20,000 bases of DNA from Craspedostauros australis (Eukaryota), in assembly GCA_030167865.1 (NCBI GenBank), contig JALAGF010000143.1, positions 48,969 through 68,968 on the forward strand, in the 5' to 3' direction. Positions within the stretch are counted from its first letter, which is position 1. Every line of letters starts with the position of its first letter. Below the pieces are notes generated by a model. That model was not told where the DNA came from. It worked only from the letters and a program-made list of their open reading frames with translations, and did no database searches. Below are positions 9,338 through 19,104 of this stretch, one piece after another. Both the position numbers and the translations under genes were made by a program.

Positions 9338-10923
9338 GCTTTTCTTTCATGTGCGGAACAGGCTGCTGATGGCGTACTATGAAACGGAGAAACGCGGGCA
9401 GCAAATGATGCACCAACTATCACACCAACATCTGAATCTAACGAAGAAAGAATCGCCATTCGATGGTCTTGAGTTGCCACGAAGCAGCGTGCCGCCTCCA
9501 GACAAGCACGAACGCCAGCAGAGCACTCGTAGAAACAGATGACGATCGCGAAGTTCGGAGATGGCAAATGGTGGAACAGGAATCGCACGTCTCCGATCAA
9601 GACAGTGATGCCACACCATACCGCTGGCAGGGCACCAAATATCAGGCAGTGAAAGGACGAAGCACCGGAAACGCGCCACGAACTCGCACTGGGAACTTGA
9701 TGACGTGAGATTCAAAGTACTCAGCTCATTGGAGCACTGATGGTGATTGTGGCGACGATGCTGATGTTGGCACTGGTGTCTTTGTGGAACGTGATGCAGT
9801 CCACTTGTATGCGCGGCGAGAGAACAAGGATGCCGTAACATCACCGATAGGATATAACAACAATCATTATATGATTTACCGCAACCTCTACTGATCGGAC
9901 GACAATGGTCGTTATGAATCGTGGATGTTATCGGACTATGACAGGAATGGACAGGTCATTGAAAGACTTCATCTACATGTCTAGATTATTCAACAGGCCT
10001 TAGCAATGTTGAAGAGCGAGGTGAAAGGTGCGCACGATGTGTCTGAATCACTTGCACGCTAGACATCGCATGTCTCTCATCAATGAATAGAAAGCTCCGA
10101 GCAACAAGCCTTGTGATTCAATTTCAGTTCTGCTCTCTCGTCGTTTCAAGGGAATCACAACCAACACAGCTCTGACATGTGCAACATGCATCTCGGCTAT
10201 ACCATTTGCACGCCTAACGTTGCGTTGCTATCATCGTGATCAATGTATACATCGGGGGGATATGTATTGTGGTGTAGCTCTGGTAGGTGAAGGATGGATG
10301 AAGTGTGTGTAGTGTGGCACATCGCAATCTGCATTGCTCATTCTCATGGCGTCGCGTTGAGGCGTGGTTGCGTGGTTTCATCTTCGCGGTTTGTTGTTGC
10401 TGACGTGTGCGCAAAATGAGATGGTTGGTCGCCGTTGTCGCTGTTGTCGCTGTGCCTCTTTGCGCTTTGCGCGTTCTTCAATACTACGAGTACCTGGTCG
10501 GCAAGTGCCCCAGAGAGAAATGACCAGCAATGGAGGCTGATAAATGTCAGGACACAGGAGTGCGTAAATGCCCATTCGCTCATCGTCACGTGAGGTGTAG
10601 GATTGGGTTCGACGATGACACAGTGAAGCCTTGTCGAAGTCTCCCGCGGCGTTCATTTATTGTATGCGCTCCTGTACGAGTGACGGTGGCAATGCGCGAA
10701 CGATGGGGAGACAACTGTGAGGGACATTCCTCCATCCACTCTGTGAGCAGTAATTCCGCGCTCGACAACAACGGGAACAGCGCGAACCACGGTACCAACA
10801 TAGCACACGCTGGGCCAACCATCACCTCGCGATGGGCTGAAGCAATCCCGATCCTCGCTCTTCATCCTTCATCCTTCACTTCTGACTATAACACAGGTCG
10901 GACGCCTTGATAGGTCATATAGG

Positions 10924-10968
10924 ATTATAACTATTGTAACTGTTATAACTATTATAACTATTATAATA
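10924..10968 (+). repeat. AT-rich tandem repeat, 5 x 9 bp (ATTATAACT), about 60 nt upstream of the STAND ATPase start
   Basis: attataact attgtaact gttataact attataact attataata. Confidence 0.9.
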
Positions 10969-11027
10969 GAATACCTCCCAAGACGCCATTGCAGGCACCC
11001 GTCAACAACATAGTATAACAGGAGACA

Positions 11028-14000
11028 ATGACGAACGCGCGCCGCAAACCATCGCATGGATCGTCGGCCTCCACATCGATGCTGTCCTTGACATCCGAGA
11101 CGTCCGACACATCCTATGGCTGCGCGGAAGGCAGCGTGCAGCGTCGGCATCTGACCACGAAGCCATCGTTCCGCCTGCACGACAGCGTGTTGACGTCGGG
11201 CCACGACTTCTACGACGATGGGTACAATGAGACGGAACTTGACACAGAGCTGCCCAACACTCTGTTTGGCGCGCGCGATGCCTTCTTCGGACGTGACGAT
11301 GAGCTGCAGACCTTGCATCGCGTCTTCGATCGCATGAAGCGGCATTCCAAGGCGAAGCATCGCAAGTCCAACAAGACGGTCATCGTGCCGGCCGCCTTCG
11401 TGTGGGGCACCAGCGGCAGCGGCAAGTCCAGGCTCGTCGACACCTTCTGCGGCCAGCTGCTGGCGGGCAAGACGAGACGCGTGCGAGTGCTCAAGGGCAA
11501 GTTCCAGGAGAACCAGGAAGGCAATCCCTTCTGCGCCATCACGCAGGCGCTGTCGGATTGGTGCAAGCAGCTGTCGTCGTCGCATGCGCCGCTCACGCCC
11601 ATCAAGGAGGTTGGCAGTGCGGAGAGGTCGGATGAGACGACGGATGACGACGATGACGATCTCAACATCGATGCACGGATGGATTCACATATCGATGGCC
11701 ATGCCAATACAAATGCCAATACACATGCCAATACACAAGCATCGTCATCAGATGACAACGAAAAGAAGGACCAGCGACAACGCCACAGCATGAGCCACCC
11801 ATCGGAGCTGCAACGGCTGCGCACCATCGTCAAATCGAGCCAATTCACAACCCAGCAGAAGGATGTCCTCACCGCATTCGTGCCAGCGCTGTCCATCCTC
11901 TTCGGCGACGACGAGAGCTGCATGACGCCCATGACGTCGGCGAGTGCGCAACAGTCGCAGCTGCCGCAGGTGTCATCAACGGACACGTCGTGGAATCGGT
12001 TTCAGTACACCTTCACCCAGTTCTTGACCCTCATCTCATCGCGACACCGTCCCGTGGTCATGGTGCTGGATGATCTGCAATGGGCGTCGCAGGAATGCAT
12101 GGATCTCATGTCCACGGCCATCCATCAGCCCCACTTTCTTTGGATTGGCACAATCCGACAAGAGACTGACCCAAAGTCTCCCGGCGAGGTGATGGACCTG
12201 GATGCGGATCTTCCCTTCATGCGTCTCCTCCGCGATGTGCAAGCGCAATGCGCGACAGAATCGCCCGACCCCACGGCGACTCCCTACACCAACATCCATC
12301 TGCAGAACTTCAGCCAACACGAGCTGCGCGACTGGGTGGCGCAAGTGTTTGATCAGGACGATGATGTGGTGGATGAAACCACCGAGCTTCTGCACAAGCA
12401 GACCGCAGGCAACATCTTCCACACCATGCAGCTGTTGCAGGATATGGAGCGCACCAAAGCCTTGACGTACAGCCGCATCACGTTCCAGTGGGAGATCGAT
12501 CCTGCCATGCTCAGTGCCATGCAGCGCAACGGCGACACTGGCAGGAGCAGTGACATCAGCGGCGGCGACATTCACGCCGCGGCAAGCAACGTGGTCCACC
12601 TCGTCTCGTCCAAACTGCGATCGCTACCGGTTCCATTGCAGCGGGCGCTCGTGCTGGCATCGTACATTCGATCCTCGTTCGAGCTGGATGTTCTGCAAGC
12701 GGTCTGGGACTACGAAGCGCAGAACGGCCCCACAGGCGGTGACATTCTCATCACAACGCCTCACGCCGTCACAAGCGAGAACATTGACAACGCACAACCC
12801 GAGAAGTCACTCGTAGACTGGTTGGAACAGGCAGTGCTGGAGGGCCTCCTCGCGAATTCCATCGGCGGTGCAAGCTACCGCTTCGCGCATGATCGCATCC
12901 AGCAGGCGGCGCGTGACCTCGTGCCGTTCGGAGAGGTGCGCACGAAACTGCGTCTGCGCATTGGCCAGTGCCTGTGGGATCTTTGCTCCACCTCGTCAAC
13001 TCCATCCATGGACGACGCATCGATATCTGTCGACGACAGCAGCATAGTATTCATCGCGGCCGATCATCTCAACTGCGTGCCCAGCAAGGATCATCTGGCA
13101 TCCGCGCGGCAGAATCTGCAGGTCGGCGAACACGCGCTGCAAATTGCTGCTCTCGTGCCTGCCGCAACGTACCTCCAGCTTGCAAACACTGCATTGCGTA
13201 AGGTGCGGGGGGATCCGTGGCAGGATCATTACGATTTGACGATTCGGCTCGTGCGCGCCCGTTGCGACATTGAGCTGTCGCTGAACCGCTTCGATTTGGG
13301 GTATTCGTTGGGACACGAGCTGCTCGATCATGCCCGGTCCATCCACGACAAGCTCCCCACGTACGTTGCGATGGCCAGCGCGCTTGGCCAGCAGGACGAG
13401 CACGCCAAAGGTTTGCGGCTGGCCCAGCAGGGTGCCCAGATCTGCGGCGAGTACCCCAAACGATGGTACGCGCTGCATGTGCTGCCGCAGCTTCTTTCCA
13501 TCAAGGCGTACCTCAAGAAGACGACGATGGAAGAGTTCTTCGCGCAGAATCCGGTCACGAAGGATCCAAAGACGATGCTCGCGATGGACTTCTTGCGGCA
13601 GATCATCATCCGAGCGTATTCGAGCCAGGACATGGTGTCGTGGGCTCTCGCTATTGTGCGGGTTCTCCAGATCACGAGACGCGACGGCATCTGCGAGCCT
13701 TCTGCCGGTGCCTTGAATGCCTTTGCCATGATGCAAATGACGTCAGGCGACTCCGCGGGAGCTCGTCGATCGTCCGAGCTTGCGAAGGAGATCCTGCGCA
13801 GGCTGGGGAGTCACAGCAAATCAGTGGGTTGGGTCTACTACGCTGCGGCCATGTACATTGACTCATACTCCAAGCCATGGGATCAGGTGTCGCAGGATCT
13901 CCGGTATGCTTACAAATCGGGCATGGCGGTTGGTGATTTCGAGCTTGCTGTGCTATCACAAAACGGCAACATCTACTCCTCCTTCTTCAACGGACGCCCA

Positions 14001-15077
14001 CTGACCGAGGTGGTGCCCGCTGCAACCGCTCTCCTCGAGCACATGGAGATGTACAAGATCGAATCCTACAAGGGCTTGATCTCTGAGATGTTGACCCTGT
14101 ACAAATGCATGCAGGGCACGATCGAGCTGGACTGGGATACGCTCCTGAATGTCAAGAAGTACGATCATGCCGTTCCATTTGTGCGTGGTTCTGCCTACTG
14201 GGGTCGGCTGTACATTGCAGTCTATTTTGGCAAGTTCGAGCACGCGGAGACCATGGATGCCCTCTTCAGGGCCAGCAAAATTCATGACCGAGCCTACACG
14301 CTGGTCACGTCCGTTGCGATCCTCGGAGGTGTGATGGCCTCCTACCGATACCGGCAGACGAGGAAGGTGAAGTACCTCAAGATGCTGCGGCAACGAAAGC
14401 GGGAGCTGAAGAAGATCTGCGAGACGCAAGGAAAGAATGGGCTCCACCGGTACTTGATTCTGCGTGCCGAATGGAAAGCCATCAAGGTGGGGAACACCGA
14501 TCCTATGATGGTAGAAACGTGCTACAACAAAGCCATCAAGCAGGCCAGAGATGGGAACTGCCTTCACGAGGCGGGGCTTGCATGTGAGCTGGCAGGTGAG
14601 CACTTCCTGAGAACGAGCAAAAGCAGCAAGGACGACATCAACGAGGTGGACCAAGCCCGCCGCATTCGCGGCTACTTCACCCAGGCGCTGGGATTTTATG
14701 AGATCTGGGGGGCTGTGCCGAAGTACGAAATCTTCCGCAATGCATACGGCAGCTACATTGACGAGGAACGTGTGGAGGATATGAAGACCAGGACCAGCCT
14801 CGTGGGGCAAGTCAAGTCTCTCGCGTTTTGGGAGGAGTCGCAGCAATTCCACAGCCAATCGAGCACCACTGGCCAGGACTTGATGTCGGAGTACACGCCA
14901 GGCCGCAGCCAGTCCCAGACGGGAACAAGCTTCATGTCGATGACGGACATGAGCAAATCTCCAAGGTCAAGCACGGGCACGATGCAAAGGAGGAGTACGA
15001 GTATGACCGGTGAAGAGGGAGGCGATGACACTGCTCTTGCTGACGACAACTTGTCTGTATTGACCGATAAATCGTAG
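11028..15077 (+). CDS. STAND-class / AAA_16-type P-loop NTPase with a long helical (TPR-like) C-terminal region, 1349 aa, intronless
   Basis: FFGRDDELQTL pre-P-loop motif, Walker A GTSGSGKS (11406-11429), KGKF...PF, Walker B VMVLDDLQWA, TAGNIFH (GNP-like), YRFAHDRIQQAA, IAADHLN and C-terminal EAGLACELAG...YEIWGAVPK. This is the motif series of the ATPase core found in HstK/Chk1-type kinase-ATPase-GAF-histidine kinase proteins. Confidence 0.9.
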   Translation: MTNARRKPSHGSSASTSMLSLTSETSDTSYGCAEGSVQRRHLTTKPSFRLHDSVLTSGHDFYDDGYNETELDTELPNTLFGARDAFFGRDDELQTLHRVFDRMKRHSKAKHRKSNKTVIVPAAFVWGTSGSGKSRLVDTFCGQLLAGKTRRVRVLKGKFQENQEGNPFCAITQALSDWCKQLSSSHAPLTPIKEVGSAERSDETTDDDDDDLNIDARMDSHIDGHANTNANTHANTQASSSDDNEKKDQRQRHSMSHPSELQRLRTIVKSSQFTTQQKDVLTAFVPALSILFGDDESCMTPMTSASAQQSQLPQVSSTDTSWNRFQYTFTQFLTLISSRHRPVVMVLDDLQWASQECMDLMSTAIHQPHFLWIGTIRQETDPKSPGEVMDLDADLPFMRLLRDVQAQCATESPDPTATPYTNIHLQNFSQHELRDWVAQVFDQDDDVVDETTELLHKQTAGNIFHTMQLLQDMERTKALTYSRITFQWEIDPAMLSAMQRNGDTGRSSDISGGDIHAAASNVVHLVSSKLRSLPVPLQRALVLASYIRSSFELDVLQAVWDYEAQNGPTGGDILITTPHAVTSENIDNAQPEKSLVDWLEQAVLEGLLANSIGGASYRFAHDRIQQAARDLVPFGEVRTKLRLRIGQCLWDLCSTSSTPSMDDASISVDDSSIVFIAADHLNCVPSKDHLASARQNLQVGEHALQIAALVPAATYLQLANTALRKVRGDPWQDHYDLTIRLVRARCDIELSLNRFDLGYSLGHELLDHARSIHDKLPTYVAMASALGQQDEHAKGLRLAQQGAQICGEYPKRWYALHVLPQLLSIKAYLKKTTMEEFFAQNPVTKDPKTMLAMDFLRQIIIRAYSSQDMVSWALAIVRVLQITRRDGICEPSAGALNAFAMMQMTSGDSAGARRSSELAKEILRRLGSHSKSVGWVYYAAAMYIDSYSKPWDQVSQDLRYAYKSGMAVGDFELAVLSQNGNIYSSFFNGRPLTEVVPAATALLEHMEMYKIESYKGLISEMLTLYKCMQGTIELDWDTLLNVKKYDHAVPFVRGSAYWGRLYIAVYFGKFEHAETMDALFRASKIHDRAYTLVTSVAILGGVMASYRYRQTRKVKYLKMLRQRKRELKKICETQGKNGLHRYLILRAEWKAIKVGNTDPMMVETCYNKAIKQARDGNCLHEAGLACELAGEHFLRTSKSSKDDINEVDQARRIRGYFTQALGFYEIWGAVPKYEIFRNAYGSYIDEERVEDMKTRTSLVGQVKSLAFWEESQQFHSQSSTTGQDLMSEYTPGRSQSQTGTSFMSMTDMSKSPRSSTGTMQRRSTSMTGEEGGDDTALADDNLSVLTDKS
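11700..11737 (+). repeat. In-frame 12-bp tandem repeat (3 copies) encoding HANT-NANT-HANT
   Basis: catgccaataca aatgccaataca catgccaataca lies within an acidic low-complexity insertion between Walker A and Walker B. Confidence 0.85.
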
Positions 15078-17167
15078 CGTGTATAATCGTTCGAAACAGA
15101 ATTCACAGAGGGGGAAAGAGCAAATAGCGCAGATAAACGTACTATACTTGTTACAACTTCTCAACATCCTATGAATTCTATGCCAATAGAGACAGCGTCC
15201 TTTCCAATGCATTTCATTGTATTCCATTTATTCCTACCCCTGCGATGTTGAAACGCGGAAGCTTTGGCCGCCACGCTATGCACGTAATGCACCTTTGGGA
15301 GGCAGCCACCTCTTCGTGTGGCTTGCCTGCGTCTCCTCGTTCGTTTCTGATGTTCTGACTGTGTCTCCATGGTTCGTTCTTGTAGCATCTGATTGGCGTG
15401 CCGTGGTGTATACTTCACCTTCATTGTCATCTTGCAATGTGCTATACTATTGTTAGGAGCATGTTCGCCAGTCTCGTTCTCCTGGATATAGTATTCTAGA
15501 TACAGAAGAATGTCTCCTCTCTCCACTGTGCTCGTCTGCACACTGCACGAGGATGGTGACGAGGGAAGGCTCCGGATGGTCAATCACCATCGTTGGGGAG
15601 AAGGAAATGGGTGTGCCCTTCCGCGGTCGCTGCTGGCTTGCCCAGGATTGATCCACAATAAATGGTGCATCAACCTTGCGAAGGATGCGTCCCCAACGAC
15701 ATCGGTGGACTGCCAATGCCACTTCGCAATGGGATCATCACTCCGCTGCGCGGGCGGACAAAGGATCAACGATTAAAATGTGTCTCGGGTGACCAACGAC
15801 AAATCTGGACAGCCCCAGCCAAGACAACACCACTGTTTGTTTTTGGCGCCAAATTCTGTCGAACATTCATGGATACAAGCCAAGAAGTTCGTGGGTGACT
15901 TCGTGACAAGATCGATGACAAAACCCGAAGGGAAAGGAGAACTTCGTCTTCTCCCAACCATGGAAGGGGGTACGGCTACAAGTGACACGCTGCGCATGAT
16001 CTTCGCGACCCTTGCCTTCGAGTGCTACTCGGGGATGATTGGTGGAATTGGTGGAGGGTTCTGAGGAACTGACACGACGATCAGGCTGTTGTGAAGGGTG
16101 TGCGCAGATGGGGACCGCCGCAGATCGACTCGGAATGGTGGCATGGAATCTTGAGCATTGGCAGATGACCCTCTGCGCCATCCGATGGAGCAAAGCGCCC
16201 GTTCGTTCCTCATCTCTGTCGCATGCGAGCTGAAGTCTGCGGCCTATGCATGATCGGCGCGGCCCTTGCCTCCCGGTGTGACTATCCGCGAGTTGTGGGC
16301 ATGAACCTCTCCCTTGGCCTGCGGGATGTGCGAGGCTTGCGACGTGATGCAGGTCATGCATGGTAATCGAGCAATATCTATGTTAGATCTGGCGGTGGTG
16401 GCGTCTTCGTTGACGACGAAATCCAAGATCCGAGATGAATGACACACGAAGAGCAGTTGCTATGACGCGAGAGCGAGTTCTTCCTGCGTTCCCATAATCT
16501 CTGCGGTTTCTCCCCAGGGGGATCATGTATGGTTTGTTGATTTGATACAATGCACCTTTGTCTATCCAAGAGATCATTCGGCCCTCCGTGATGCTCCCAA
16601 CTACATGAAGCATAGATAGCATAGCACCAAGAACCCGGGACCTGCCCTGGTACAAGTCTGCCAAACGCCATCTTGTATCCAAAATTGCATGCATCGTTAT
16701 GGTAACATAACAGCAGAGCATTTAATCCAAACCTTCGCACTGCGCCGCTCATTCCGCCTTCTGTATGCAGCTTTGAAACCTGGCACTTGTGGCATGATGA
16801 ACACCGGTACGAGATATTGAAATCATGAAGGTCAACAGGATGTCGATCGAGCAGAGCGAACCGCTGCAGCGAAAAGGAAATTGGCGCCGACTCCCGATTT
16901 GATTCGCGTGGTTGCCCCTGGACTGAACGGTAGGAGTACGAGAGGAGCGAGGGATAAACAGGGGCACATCTGATGAGGCATTTCTCTCTTCTCTCTCCCT
17001 CTCGCGCGCTCTGTGAGCTATGGCCCGCAAGTGGTGGAATTTTGCTTCACCCTTTGACCAACACTGCTCTGTGCTCTCACTCTCTCGCGTTCCATTCTGC
17101 CAGGCTCCATCCCAACCCGCCTCGCTGATGTTACGCTGCGAACATGTAGGTGGTAACAGCACACCAC

Positions 17168-19024
17168 TCATCGAACGTTGCCCGTATGATCAACGGCCAT
17201 GTGCTTGCTGTTGCACGATGCTGAGCTCTTCGGAGCCAGCTGTCTCCTCGTTTGGCTTGCCTGCATCGCCTCATTCGTTTCTGGCCGGGGTATTCTTTCC
17301 TCATCTTCGGATCTCGTGGAATCTGGTCGTGATGGCATGCTGTCTGCCTCGTTATAGTCACATTGCAATATGCGGGCAGAAGCAGCACGAGTGCTGCCCT
17401 CAATGCCTTCGATACTGGTAAGTCGACTCGTCACGGACGGTCCGCTCTTGCGGTTGTTCTTCGACCTCAGATTGGTTGGAGCAACGCTATCATCTATTCT
17501 GCTCCGCACATGCAGACTGCGCAACGAGCGATCCGAGAAGCTCATCTTCGATGAATCAACTTCTTTGATGGTCCAATACAGGATCAGAAATGGGCTGATC
17601 TTCGCTATGCTGGTGTCCACATCCTCTGCTGCAGCAGCAGTTGTTTGTAGATTCGGAATGGATTGGGGCTTTGATGCCGACGACTCCTTCTCCAATACGA
17701 TCTGCTGCAATCTCCGCTCTGCCACCTTCTTCGTCCTTCGGTACTTGGGCCAAATGAATACGCCAAAGTTGAAGAAACCTTGTGCAGAGAAGAAGAAAGA
17801 GCCAAGGAATGACAGAATGAAGATTGCCGGGTGCCCAAGGTTGTCGCTCACATCCGCTGTCCAATACAAGACTCCAAATGCAAATGCCCATACGAACGTG
17901 TTGCCGTAGATACTGTGGGTTGGAGCGGCGCGAAGCAGCGTGGAGGTAGAGTGAAGACGAATAGTAAACGAGAGAAGAACCGAGTTGTGAACAGCAATCA
18001 GGTGAGTTGACGTAGCATATGTGGGCATGTGATTCGGCAGAACAGCCGGTGTTCCCGTATGAGATGCATCTCAGTATCCATTGCCGAAGAGGAACACGAA
18101 TCCACGTGCGCTCCAAGTACGTCGGGGACAAGACACTTACACAGCGTACATGACGCACTGCCATGTGACCTGCTTCAAACGCTCCTCTCGTTGGGAAGGA
18201 ACATGGTTTTTGCGGTCGGAATTGCGGTTGCGAGCCTCGACGTCGTCGCTTGCGGCCGACGTTGGCGCCGCTGCGACTTCGTATCTTTGGTTCGCAGAGT
18301 AGGTGGAGTAGACTGTTCGATACAGGCCTACCGTACTCACGATTCCAACGTTTCCGAGCATCCCCAAGATAACCGTGACAGTATTCGTCATGTAGTCGAA
18401 CTCGATCCGTCCCGGTCTGCATTCCAGAATCGTCGTGGTGGCGATGTCCGTGGTGTTGCTGAATGCTGCATCGATGGCAGAGTCGGTATCGTTGATCGGC
18501 ACAACCACCTCCTCGCACTCTTCCGAGTAACTTCCCATCAAGCAATATCCCGTGGAAAAGTCCAACGCGTACGTGTCCCGCAGCAACGCGATGATGGGAA
18601 ATGCGGTAGCGAGTACGAAAGCAACGACATGGACAGCCGGTTCGATCTTCTTGGCGATCTCCTCGTTGGTCCATTTAAACCGGATCTGCAGGTAGAAGTT
18701 GGCGGCGAGGAAAGCATTGTAGGCAGATATGTACATGGAGGCCCCGTTGAGGACGAAACCGAGAGCGTTGCAGGAGGCATCGTTGCCGTACGCGATGGGG
18801 CTGTCCGTCCGGCCGGCTGGGACGAGGAAGAGATGCACGGCGTTGGATAGACTGAAGATGATGTCTCCTATCGAAAGCAGCACCAGGATACGGTTGTACA
18901 CTGAAGATGCTTCACGTCTGACCATGAAGATGATGAGAGACGAGCCAACGACGGAGAGCAGGCTCGCCGTCGTCATTGCGACCCCTTGTGCGATGAACTG
19001 GGCATCCGTGCGATCCTGTCCCAT
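17168..19024 (-). CDS. 7TM GPCR-like receptor (cAMP-receptor-like/GCR1/Git3-like type). Two exons: 19024-18141 and 17912-17168; ~542 aa.
   Basis: Splicing gives 1629 nt in frame (CVMYAV^IYGNTFVW, Val codon split GT^T). There are seven hydrophobic segments. Motifs: SLLSVVGSSLII, SVYNRILVLLSIGDII, GNDASCNALGF (Cys at the top of TM3), NFYLQIRFKW...KKIEP..H, a Cys-containing ECL2 and TM7 QGFFNFGVFIWP. The C-tail is ~190 aa and Ser/Thr-rich. Confidence 0.88.
17913..18140 (-). other. Spliceosomal intron of the GPCR-like gene (228 nt, phase 2)
   Basis: Donor GTAAGT at 18140-18135 and acceptor CCACAG at 17913. Removal completes TM6. Confidence 0.9.
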
Positions 19025-19080
19025 GATGGCGCAGTGTACGAGGAGCAGTAGCACTTACAGGAGTACCAGTTGTGCGATGC

Positions 19081-19104
19081 TGTGATGTGATGTGATGTGA
19101 TGAT
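19081..19104 (-). repeat. (TCACA)n pentamer repeat upstream of the GPCR-like start codon
   Basis: The plus strand reads tgtgatgtgatgtgatgtgatgat. Confidence 0.85.

Noticed and set aside
12996-14858. 246-aa and 300-aa minus-strand ORFs within the STAND gene
   Set aside because: Antisense shadows with no domain features.
19053-19058. GTAAGT donor-like site on the minus strand just upstream of the GPCR ATG
   Set aside because: The nearest acceptor would give an intron of only ~40 nt, and no upstream coding exon is evident. It cannot be supported without transcripts.
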